Assembly: GCA_024762735.1 (NCBI GenBank)
Contig: JANTGU010000001.1
Location: forward strand, 1 to 34,433
Source: Bacteroidales bacterium
GTDB lineage: Bacteria > Bacteroidota > Bacteroidia > Bacteroidales > F082
DNA length: 34,433 nt
Direction: 5' to 3'
Position 1 is the first letter of the stretch; each line of letters opens with the position of its first letter. The notes under the pieces were generated by a model that saw only the letters and a program-made list of their open reading frames with translations, searched no databases and was not told where the DNA came from. Shown here one piece after another: positions 18,488 through 26,391 of the stretch. The position numbers and the translations under genes were made by a program.

Positions 18488-20269
18488 CTAATTTATAAAC
18501 CTGTTTGTTACCGAGCTCTCTTCCATTTCTTTAGAAAGAGATTGGATGGTGCTATATGGAATATCCAGCAAGTCCAGTATAATAAGTCCGTCAAGTGCCT
18601 TGTTAAAGCGGGGATCTACATTAAACTCAAGCAACTTAGCATTTTGTTTTAGGTATTTTTTTAACAATACCGGTACTTTAACGTGTCTGAGGTTTACATC
18701 CTCTATCAGGTTGTCAAGACGTTTAATGTTATCATCAAGACTTTTGAGTACCGTTTCCCGGTCAATATTTTTATAATCCGGCTTAAACGCTTTACGAGGC
18801 TTTACATATTGAGCAAAATTGGGGTGCATATAATTTTTTTGAAGGAAACCAATCATAATACTCTTGGAAAACCTTGAAAAACTGTTGCTGATGCTAACAG
18901 GGCCAATTAAATATCTGTAATCAGCATTTTTAAGTAAAACATATAAGATACCTTTCCATAAAAGAAACAATGATGCCGTTTTGCGCTGATACTCTTCTAC
19001 AATAAAGGAACGTCCCAATTCGATTGATTTTTCCAATACCCGGTTCAACTCTTTTCTAATTTTAAACAAACTGGATATATAAAATCCTTTTACACCAAAA
19101 AGTTCTATAATTTCTTTTCCTTTACCAATTCGGTAAGCTCCTGCAATTTTGTTGTTTTTGTTATCCCAAATGAACAAGTGCTCATAATAAAGATCATACT
19201 CATCTAAGTCAAAACTCCTGTTGGTGCCTTCGCCGACAGCCCGAAACGTTATTTCCCGCAACCTGCCAATTTCGTTTAAAATATTGGGTATTAAGGCTGC
19301 CGGGGAGCAGTAAACCTGATAATTACCACTTTCAAATAAAAGGTGTGTGGCCTCTATTAATTTTATTTCGTTTATTAAGGACTCCACAGGCTGGGGATCA
19401 ACTATCTTTTTTGCTTTTCCCTTTATTTTAATGCCACTGCTAAAAAAATTATTTACCGTAAAGGGGGTGCCGAGCGCATAGGTTCTTGCACGCAAGTACC
19501 TTCCATATTGAGCAATATTGGTAAACTCACTTTGCTGTTTTACTGAAATGGGAGAACCTATCCTGATAACGATGGTTTTATTTTTTTTATTAAGCATCTC
19601 CGAAGGCAGGCGGGCAGTACGAAGCATGGGGTTAATGGCACCCAACAAATGAAACAACAGGCTGTTGTGACCATGAAAATAGATAGGAATAACAGGCACC
19701 TTTGCTTTTTTAATTAGTTTGATGGCTGACGTTGCCCAGGGTTTATCGCTTACTTTGTTGTTATGATTAAAGGATGAAACTTCGCCTGCCGGGAAAATTC
19801 CCATGGGATGACCATCAGCAAGATGTGCCATGGCTTCGCGAATGCCTTTTAAATTTGGCCGCTTATCTTTATAATGTTCAAAAGGATTGACCCCAAATAA
19901 TTTATCTTCTATGGGCTTTATTTTTTGTAGCAAAAAGTTTCCCATCACCTTAAAATCAGGACGCAGGTCAGATAATATTTTAAGTAACAAGATGCCATCG
20001 ATACCCCCATAAGGATGATTTGATACGGTTATAAAAGCGCCTTTGGAAGGGATTTTAGCAAGTTCGGCCTCATCAAATTCAAACTTAATTTGTAAAACAT
20101 CCAACACGTTATTTAAAAATTCACCCTCGGGATTTTGGCTGGCTTTTGAGTAAAGTTTGTTGAATTTGTTTAGCTGTAAAGTACTCATTAAAAGTGTGGC
20201 AAGGCCTTCTGCCGGCATGCCGCTTAATGGGGTTAAGCCCGCTATCTCTTGTTTGTTAATCAAATTCAT
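18488..20269 (-). CDS. Bifunctional acyltransferase + GNAT protein, OlsF-like ornithine/aminolipid synthase
   Basis: N-terminal SNHPYGGIDG and IFPAGEVS (PlsC-type); C-terminal EIGRLREITFRAVGEGT...DLDEYD...ELGRSF (OlsB-like GNAT). Confidence 0.8.
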   Translation of the reverse strand: MNLINKQEIAGLTPLSGMPAEGLATLLMSTLQLNKFNKLYSKASQNPEGEFLNNVLDVLQIKFEFDEAELAKIPSKGAFITVSNHPYGGIDGILLLKILSDLRPDFKVMGNFLLQKIKPIEDKLFGVNPFEHYKDKRPNLKGIREAMAHLADGHPMGIFPAGEVSSFNHNNKVSDKPWATSAIKLIKKAKVPVIPIYFHGHNSLLFHLLGAINPMLRTARLPSEMLNKKNKTIVIRIGSPISVKQQSEFTNIAQYGRYLRARTYALGTPFTVNNFFSSGIKIKGKAKKIVDPQPVESLINEIKLIEATHLLFESGNYQVYCSPAALIPNILNEIGRLREITFRAVGEGTNRSFDLDEYDLYYEHLFIWDNKNNKIAGAYRIGKGKEIIELFGVKGFYISSLFKIRKELNRVLEKSIELGRSFIVEEYQRKTASLFLLWKGILYVLLKNADYRYLIGPVSISNSFSRFSKSIMIGFLQKNYMHPNFAQYVKPRKAFKPDYKNIDRETVLKSLDDNIKRLDNLIEDVNLRHVKVPVLLKKYLKQNAKLLEFNVDPRFNKALDGLIILDLLDIPYSTIQSLSKEMEESSVTNRFIN

Positions 20270-20319
20270 ACATTTAAATAATAGGGTTCATGAAAAACCT
20301 ACCTCATAAAATAATTTTC

Positions 20320-21252
20320 TTATTTCAGTTTGTAGGCATAAAGTTTGGGGGATATTTCTTTTTGCTTTTCGCTATAAGTAAAATACTCTTTAGAAGAATT
20401 GCCCCAGCAGAGCGCCTCTCCTTTTGGCTCCTGAACATAAGGGAGCATGACAGGCTGCCGCGAAAACATGGTAACCAATGATTCTCTCCCGTTTCGTTTC
20501 CACCGATAAATATGCTGATAAGTTTTAACCAGTACATGCTTTCCATCCATGGTAATATCGGCAGCCGTTACCGGTTCTCCGTTAAAGTCAATTTTACCCA
20601 GAAACTCCAAAGTGTTTATTGCTTGATAACTATATGGAAAACCGAGGGTGTAAATTCTGCAACGACTATTAGATTTTGTAAGAACAACCATTTTTTTGGA
20701 TATTGGATCCACAAAAAAGGCATCGGCATCCTGAGACAAATCGGGATATTGTAAGCGTATGATACCCGTCGCTCTTATCTCTTCAAACCCTTTAGACGGC
20801 GTGAATGCCGGTTCATCAAAAGCAAACACGGTAACCGATTCTCGTTTGTTATAATTATCGCCAATATCGGCCAAAAAAAGTTGATTAAAAACGCCGCTGC
20901 TGTCAGGTCCAATGGCTATATCCTCGGCATCTCTAACTCTCCCGTGGATTATTTTATAGTTTGATATTTGCTGCCCATTTTTAGAATAGAGATACAGATA
21001 CGGGTTGTTGCCGTGATCCTGGTGAACCCAGAAACATTTTTTGTTTTTAATGCTTGACACTATTCCACTTACCTCCGGTAAATTTATACCCGGAGTTGTT
21101 GACGACACTGTTGCTTCAATAACCGGAAAGCGAGTAAAAACATCAAGATTAACAATGGAAGCACGCATCTCCCCGGGTTGATCGGCATGATAGCCGCACC
21201 CTGAAAACATAACAGATAAAAAACTCAATATTATAAAGAAAAAGGATTTCAT
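20320..21252 (-). CDS. Putative lipoprotein with beta-propeller-like repeats, function unknown
   Basis: Lipobox FSGC; EVSG, DAED, ADIGDN, TAADI and GEALCW blade-like motifs; 50 bp upstream of the OlsF-like gene on the same strand. Confidence 0.6.
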   Translation of the reverse strand: MKSFFFIILSFLSVMFSGCGYHADQPGEMRASIVNLDVFTRFPVIEATVSSTTPGINLPEVSGIVSSIKNKKCFWVHQDHGNNPYLYLYSKNGQQISNYKIIHGRVRDAEDIAIGPDSSGVFNQLFLADIGDNYNKRESVTVFAFDEPAFTPSKGFEEIRATGIIRLQYPDLSQDADAFFVDPISKKMVVLTKSNSRCRIYTLGFPYSYQAINTLEFLGKIDFNGEPVTAADITMDGKHVLVKTYQHIYRWKRNGRESLVTMFSRQPVMLPYVQEPKGEALCWGNSSKEYFTYSEKQKEISPKLYAYKLK

Positions 21253-21328
21253 TACCAATGTTTTAACTTAGAAAACAGTACAATCTCCCTTGTTGAAAAA
21301 GGGTTATTATACTATGAAATTAACACGG

Positions 21329-21384
21329 CAATGTTATGGCATTAGTATTAGCTGAGTATTAATCGAATATTACTATTTGGTAAA
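21329..21384 (-). promoter_or_regulatory. Putative Pho-box-like array plus -7 box
   Basis: Minus strand TTTACC (21384), GTAATA (21373), TTAATA (21362), CTAATA (21351); TAACATTG starts at 21336. Confidence 0.55.
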
Positions 21385-21530
21385 TATTTAACTGGTTGAC
21401 CCCCGTTATCCTTCCTGTTTTCCAGGGTTAAATTCAGCTTGGATTCGCATGCTGTGCGAATTCACCTGTCGCAGATGAATTCCTAAAAAGTTTGGCCATA
21501 CTTTTTATTGAAAAGAGGATGCCCTAATCG

Positions 21531-21638
21531 CAAAAAAGGCTGCCACTCCCCAAAAAGGAGCGCAGCCTCGAAACCAAATTCCTACCTTTGGTTATGTCGT
21601 TAATTTCCATTGGACGAACCTGAAACTGTCAGGGTTTT
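21531..21638. repeat. Direct repeat copy 1 (3' end of LamG gene plus terminator)
   Basis: Aligns with 28103-28212; shared core GGAGCGCAGCCTCGAAACCAAATTCCTACCTTTGG...GTCGTTAATTTCCATTGG...GAAACTGTCAGGGTTTT. Confidence 0.95.
21532..21567 (-). terminator. Intrinsic terminator after LamG gene
   Basis: GGCTGC...GCAGCC stem with inner CTCC/GGAG, followed by TTTTTT on the minus strand. Confidence 0.75.
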
Positions 21639-22553
21639 GCCATTGTTAATGGTAAATGTTTTTCCGCTTTCGGTAGTAATCTCGATAACCTCTTTATCCT
21701 CATCCAGCGTGATGTTGGAGTTGATTTTTACCCTCGACCAGCTTTTGGAAGGGCTTCCCTGCCCGTCTAACCAGTTGGCAGCTTCCGACCAGTTGCCATC
21801 GCTGCCGCTTTCGAAAGGTACAGGAGCGGTGGAGTTAACCCAATCATCATCTGTCATATTAGTCAGTGTGCCTTGATTTCCGGAAATAAGATCACTCGCC
21901 GTTGTTCCGCTCCCATCATTAAATTGCCAATAACTTATCAGGCCGGTTTCGCTGCCGGAAAGGGTACGGCACATATTCTCTCGGATTTGTGTTGAATCAA
22001 GGGCTACATTCCAGATGCGGACTTCATCCATTAATCCACTAAAAAAATACCCACCGTTTGTACCCGAAGCGATAACTTTATCATCTGTATTATCCACGAA
22101 AATATAATCAGCATCGGAAATCAGGGTTTGTTCTTCTCCGTTTACATAGATTTTATGCGTTCCGCTACCGGTTCCACTTCTGGTATAAACAATATGGTTC
22201 CATTGGTTGGGAACAATAGCATTATCATTTGTTTGAGCAATCCAGGTATTTACACCTGTAACGACGACACGGTTTGTTCCTCCGCTTCCGGGACCAACTT
22301 CCAATTGGAAACTACCCGAGCGGTTGTTTTTTCTTGTGGAATAAATTCCCTGCCTTGTAGAAAGATCGGTTGGTTTTATCCACGCTTCTACGGTTAATAC
22401 GTTTCCCGTATTTAACGAAGCATCATTTCCGATATTCACATAATCATCCGTTCCGTCAAAATCCAGAGCGTCACCGGAAAAGTTGTCCTGTGCACTTAGC
22501 AAGGTATACAGTATGACAAAAGTAAGTATTAAAATCAGTTTTATTCTTTTCAT
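21600..22553 (-). CDS. Secreted LamG/ConA-like jelly-roll domain protein
   Basis: Signal peptide ending AQ; ALDFDGTDDYV, TVEAWI, WNHI, FSGLMDEVRIWN and LISYWQFN motifs; no T9SS CTD. Confidence 0.85.
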   Translation of the reverse strand: MKRIKLILILTFVILYTLLSAQDNFSGDALDFDGTDDYVNIGNDASLNTGNVLTVEAWIKPTDLSTRQGIYSTRKNNRSGSFQLEVGPGSGGTNRVVVTGVNTWIAQTNDNAIVPNQWNHIVYTRSGTGSGTHKIYVNGEEQTLISDADYIFVDNTDDKVIASGTNGGYFFSGLMDEVRIWNVALDSTQIRENMCRTLSGSETGLISYWQFNDGSGTTASDLISGNQGTLTNMTDDDWVNSTAPVPFESGSDGNWSEAANWLDGQGSPSKSWSRVKINSNITLDEDKEVIEITTESGKTFTINNGKTLTVSGSSNGN

Positions 22554-22593
22554 AGCTTATCCATTTTATAGGTTTATCATTATTTCCCAATGT

Positions 22594-22899
22594 TCATTGA
22601 GACATAGTATCTGTTGTATCGATCATTGAATTTTCAAAGATTTTAAATGATGTATAAAGCCGGGGCTTTGATGGGAATATTTTGATGGAATTAATTACTG
22701 CTCCATCCGGGCCGATGCGGCAGTATTTAAGAAATTCTTCAAGATTGGTTTCTTCCCCTTCGGCTTCGATGAATATGGAATCGTCACCGGTATATTTTGC
22801 AAAGCCATTAATATGATATATTCCTGAAAACTGTTTAATATAAAACAGGAAGCCTGTTTTTTGAACTTTGCCCAATATTGTTATTTGCAAATTTTTCAT
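22594..22899 (-). CDS. Acylphosphatase-fold protein with degenerate active site
   Basis: GKVQKTGFL...GFAKY...IEAEG...F...C.IGP; the canonical pattern is GxVQGVGFR...GxVxN. Confidence 0.7.
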   Translation of the reverse strand: MKNLQITILGKVQKTGFLFYIKQFSGIYHINGFAKYTGDDSIFIEAEGEETNLEEFLKYCRIGPDGAVINSIKIFPSKPRLYTSFKIFENSMIDTTDTMSQ

Positions 22900-23084
22900 T
22901 CAAGTCAAATGTATGAACCGGGATAGGCGATCATTATTTTCTCCTCCAGGTCCGTCAATAAATACTTTTGAATAGTCGGTTCGGTTTTGCCCAATTATAC
23001 TCACTGAAAAAACAAAACTCTGGATTACGATAAACAGTAATTTTTTTTTATGATGTTTTAATTTTATGGCATTTTCAAAATATC

Positions 23085-24617
23085 CTATTCATTAATCGAC
23101 ACCTCCTTGGTAAGAACGGTTCCGTTTTTATTAATCAACCTGACAAAATATATCCCCGTTTTTACACCGGGACACAATACCACACGTGTCGTTTTGCTGA
23201 TTTTTGTTTGATAAGCCAGTTGACCTGTGATGTTATATATTCTCACCTCTCCCGATACCGGAGTGTTGTCTTTGGACTGAATATACACAAGGTTTCCGTG
23301 GGAATACAGCAGTGTTTTTTCATTGGCCTCCTGATCGTTTATTCCCATGTTGGGATTAAAGATTAAAATAAACCGTTTGCTGTCGCCGCTGGTCGCGGAA
23401 AATGTATAACTTCCGCCTTGAGTCAGGTTTGTTTGTGAACCGTTGTGAAGGTCTTTCAGGACAGCCTGTTTGTCTTCAAACACACCTGTTTGCTGTTGCA
23501 GGCTGACGCTGTAAGCCCCGTCAGAAGGGATACGGACACCGAGCTGGACGGCTTTTGCAGGATCCGAATCCGGATAGCTGTTGACCGCCACTTTTACACT
23601 GTCGGAAGTATAAGACCATATTTGGGGAACCGCAGCGTCAAAGCTCATCATCTTCAGAGCATCGTTTCTGTCCCTGGTGCATTGGGCGTTGTTTATTCCC
23701 CGAAGGACGGTTTCATCGTAATATTCATCAGAGCTCAGGCGCAAAATAATGGCCTCTTCACGGGTGGAAGTACTTTTTAGCAAAGTAGCGATGTTGTGAA
23801 CCTGCATGGCATGGGTAAAAGTAAAGTTGCCTGCATTTGACACGTCCACGAAGAAGGCCTGCCCCGGTGCGAGATAAGCCCCGGAGGCACCCCCGTCTAT
23901 TTCATCATATCCTGGCCCACCCGCTCTGTATGGGTTATACACGTAGGCAAAGTTGTCGGCAAAAGCAGAACGGTCTGCCAGGTTCCAGTCAATGGCCGAC
24001 GTGTAAGGATTTCCAATCAGGTTCCAGCCTGCCCAGTCCGCACCTGCAGTATAAGACAGTGCAGGGGCTGTTACATCCCCCGAATTGAACGTCCCGTTAA
24101 ATTCAAACATGGTTTTTCCATAGTCGTAAGCATAAGCTATCAGGTATCCTTTGCCGGGTGTAAACGTGGTTTCAAAACTGCTGTTCACAGTATTGCCCGA
24201 AGCCCGGATGTTGATCCAACAATTGTACTGTGACTGATCGAAACTATAAAAATCAAAGTTTGTAGGCAGCATTCCTCCGGAAGGTGACGGGACAAAGTCG
24301 GAGCCTACAATAATTTCGTCTGCAGCGGACGAGGCAATCATGTGCCAGCTGTTATCGTTGGCTATGTGCTGTTGGCGTATGAAGGCACCGCTGCCGTTGA
24401 CTGAGCCGTCAATAATTAAAGAGCCTTCGCTTATGGCATTGGCACCTATAATAAAGGTTCCGCTGTTGTTCAGGTTGCCTGAAAGAGTGAAGGTACAACC
24501 CGGCCCAAGGGCAAATGAAGTCCAGCTACCCATAGAAAAGCATCCGCTTTGTGCATCGACTGTTGCTGTGCACAACAGCAACAGGATTGTTATGATGTTA
24601 TGATATCTTTTTTTCAT
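23085..24617 (-). CDS. T9SS type A CTD-containing secreted protein
   Basis: Signal peptide; WNLIGNPY and DALKM motifs; C-terminal IYNITGQ...TGIYFV CTD. Confidence 0.85.
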   Translation of the reverse strand: MKKRYHNIITILLLLCTATVDAQSGCFSMGSWTSFALGPGCTFTLSGNLNNSGTFIIGANAISEGSLIIDGSVNGSGAFIRQQHIANDNSWHMIASSAADEIIVGSDFVPSPSGGMLPTNFDFYSFDQSQYNCWINIRASGNTVNSSFETTFTPGKGYLIAYAYDYGKTMFEFNGTFNSGDVTAPALSYTAGADWAGWNLIGNPYTSAIDWNLADRSAFADNFAYVYNPYRAGGPGYDEIDGGASGAYLAPGQAFFVDVSNAGNFTFTHAMQVHNIATLLKSTSTREEAIILRLSSDEYYDETVLRGINNAQCTRDRNDALKMMSFDAAVPQIWSYTSDSVKVAVNSYPDSDPAKAVQLGVRIPSDGAYSVSLQQQTGVFEDKQAVLKDLHNGSQTNLTQGGSYTFSATSGDSKRFILIFNPNMGINDQEANEKTLLYSHGNLVYIQSKDNTPVSGEVRIYNITGQLAYQTKISKTTRVVLCPGVKTGIYFVRLINKNGTVLTKEVSINE

Positions 24618-26017
24618 TAGTTTTTTACCATTCCGGATACAATTGTTTTCAATTCTTCAACACTTTTACTCAGCCCGGTAAGTTCACTTTTCATCTTTGC
24701 ATTTTCTTTTTTCAATTCAGCATTTTGTTTACTGAGTTGATGAGTTCTCTTAATAAGCGCTTGTATTGCAATTAAGTTCACACCCATTAAATCCGCCTGG
24801 TTGATGGTAGTGTCGTTTCCGGAAACCCCGTATTTATCATGTCCGAAAGCCGAAAAGAATTCCTGCGCCATAGGCCCGTAATGGCGGAATTTTGTGCTGT
24901 CCTGTCCTTTGTAGCTCCAAGTTCTCAAATTAAACTTATCTATTTTTTTTAGTACGCTCTCGCCGTTTATCGAAAGGAAAGCATATTTTTTTAAAGAATC
25001 TGATATAGTACTCCAACTGTTACCGCCTTCATTTAATGCTACCCCGGTTGTGCATCCTGAATTAGAATAAAATTTATATCCCCCGCTAAAACGCATGATT
25101 ATCTGATTCTCTGTAGTGCAGTTTTTCACAGTTGTTGTTGAGTGATCCCCAATGATAAATGCACCGGCATATCCGCCTACAGAAACATAACTTCCTAATG
25201 CTGTGGACCAATATCCGTTGGCAGTTGTATGATCTCCAATTGCTGTGGAAACATATCCACTGGCGGTTGTATTTAATCCTATTGCTGTGCTACAATCTTC
25301 ACTGGCGATTGTAAGTTGTCCCATGGCAGTAGAAGAAGATCCGCTGGCAGTCGTCTCGTCTCCCATCGCGGTGGATTTATTTCCGCTGGCAGTTGTTTTG
25401 TATCCCCATGCGGTAGAGCTAATTCCGATCGCAGTTGTTTGGTCTCCCATTGCGGAAGAATAATCTCCGCCGGCAGTTGTTTCGTTTCCCATCGCAGTAG
25501 AATAATCTCCGTTGGCAAATGTGCCGTATCCCAATGCGGTGGACCAACTTCCGTTGGCGGTTGTACTGCCTCCCAACGCAGTAGAATTAATTCCGCTGGC
25601 ATTTGTACTTGAGCCTATCGCGGTGGCACCACTTCCGCTGGCAGTTGTGTTACCTCCCAGCGCAACTGATTCATATCCACTAGCGAGTGTATTGGCTCCC
25701 ATGGCAACAGAGGCATTTCCTGTATTGTTCGCATCCCATTTGTCCCCTGTGACCGTTCCTGCTCTGAATGCTGCTTTTGCAGGGTACCACATTAAACGGG
25801 TTCCTGTGCCTGTGGTTGGGATCGTTCCGGTCGAGAGAGCTTCGCCAATATAAAAACCGGCATCGCCGTTTAATCTCATTAATACTACATTGACGCTGTT
25901 TTCTACTTTAAAACTGGCTGAACTATCTGCCGCCGGCAATGTTAAAATGGTGGACTGCGCAAATAAGCAGGTGGGAATTATTAGTATTGCTGCAATTACT
26001 AAAATTAGTTTTTTCAT
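24617..26017 (-). CDS. Secreted YadA-head-repeat protein with C-terminal S74-type intramolecular chaperone and coiled coil
   Basis: Signal peptide; 13 x 14-aa STA(M/L/I)GxxTTAxG repeats; ISDSLKK...HYGPMAQ chaperone motif; stop overlaps the next ATG. Confidence 0.8.
   Translation of the reverse strand: MKKLILVIAAILIIPTCLFAQSTILTLPAADSSASFKVENSVNVVLMRLNGDAGFYIGEALSTGTIPTTGTGTRLMWYPAKAAFRAGTVTGDKWDANNTGNASVAMGANTLASGYESVALGGNTTASGSGATAIGSSTNASGINSTALGGSTTANGSWSTALGYGTFANGDYSTAMGNETTAGGDYSSAMGDQTTAIGISSTAWGYKTTASGNKSTAMGDETTASGSSSTAMGQLTIASEDCSTAIGLNTTASGYVSTAIGDHTTANGYWSTALGSYVSVGGYAGAFIIGDHSTTTVKNCTTENQIIMRFSGGYKFYSNSGCTTGVALNEGGNSWSTISDSLKKYAFLSINGESVLKKIDKFNLRTWSYKGQDSTKFRHYGPMAQEFFSAFGHDKYGVSGNDTTINQADLMGVNLIAIQALIKRTHQLSKQNAELKKENAKMKSELTGLSKSVEELKTIVSGMVKN
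25166..25711 (-). repeat. Degenerate 42-bp coding tandem repeat (13 units)
   Basis: Residues 103-284 have a strict 14-aa period. Confidence 0.85.
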
Positions 26018-26138
26018 TTTTTCTGTTTTTATTTGTTATACTATTTAACTTTCTCAAGCTCTTTTTACCCTGCCTGCAATAAGGTGCTGTATTTTAATAA
26101 TTTTATACACTTTTTATTATCAGACCTTCGCTTTTACT

Positions 26139-26240
26139 TTACAATTTCTGTGTCGATTTCAAAGAATTGATTGTTATGCGCCTTGTCAGGAAGCCTGTTT
26201 TTCTAACTTTGCCCGATATTACTATTTGTAAATTTTTCAT
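26139..26240 (-). pseudogene. Truncated paralog of the acylphosphatase-like gene (33 aa)
   Basis: MKNLQIVISGKVRKTGFL versus MKNLQITILGKVQKTGFL at 22899; DNA similarity extends upstream through the TACATTTG box. Confidence 0.8.
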
Positions 26241-26246
26241 TCAGGA

Positions 26247-26323
26247 CAAATGTATATCCCGGAATCAGCCAAAACAAATTATAGTGGTTTGGAATCGTAA
26301 AAGGTAGTTCGGAATCGTCAAAA
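26247..26323 (-). promoter_or_regulatory. Promoter with candidate AraC direct-repeat site
   Basis: -7 TACATTTG at 26247-26254; -33 TTTG at 26275-26278 (20 bp spacing); GGAATCGT repeated at 26291 and 26311. Confidence 0.6.
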
Positions 26324-26391
26324 ACGGGGGCTATTAACCTGAGTTAGATATATGGCTTGAAATAATTTACCCGACAGGGCTTAACTGCAAA

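Noticed and set aside
25166..25853. Periodic 42-bp pattern as a CRISPR array, and repetitive alternative-frame ORFs
   Set aside because: These are degenerate in-frame coding repeats with no repeat-spacer structure and no cas genes.
24617..26017. Prophage tail fibre
   Set aside because: It has a Sec signal peptide and there are no phage genes in the window.
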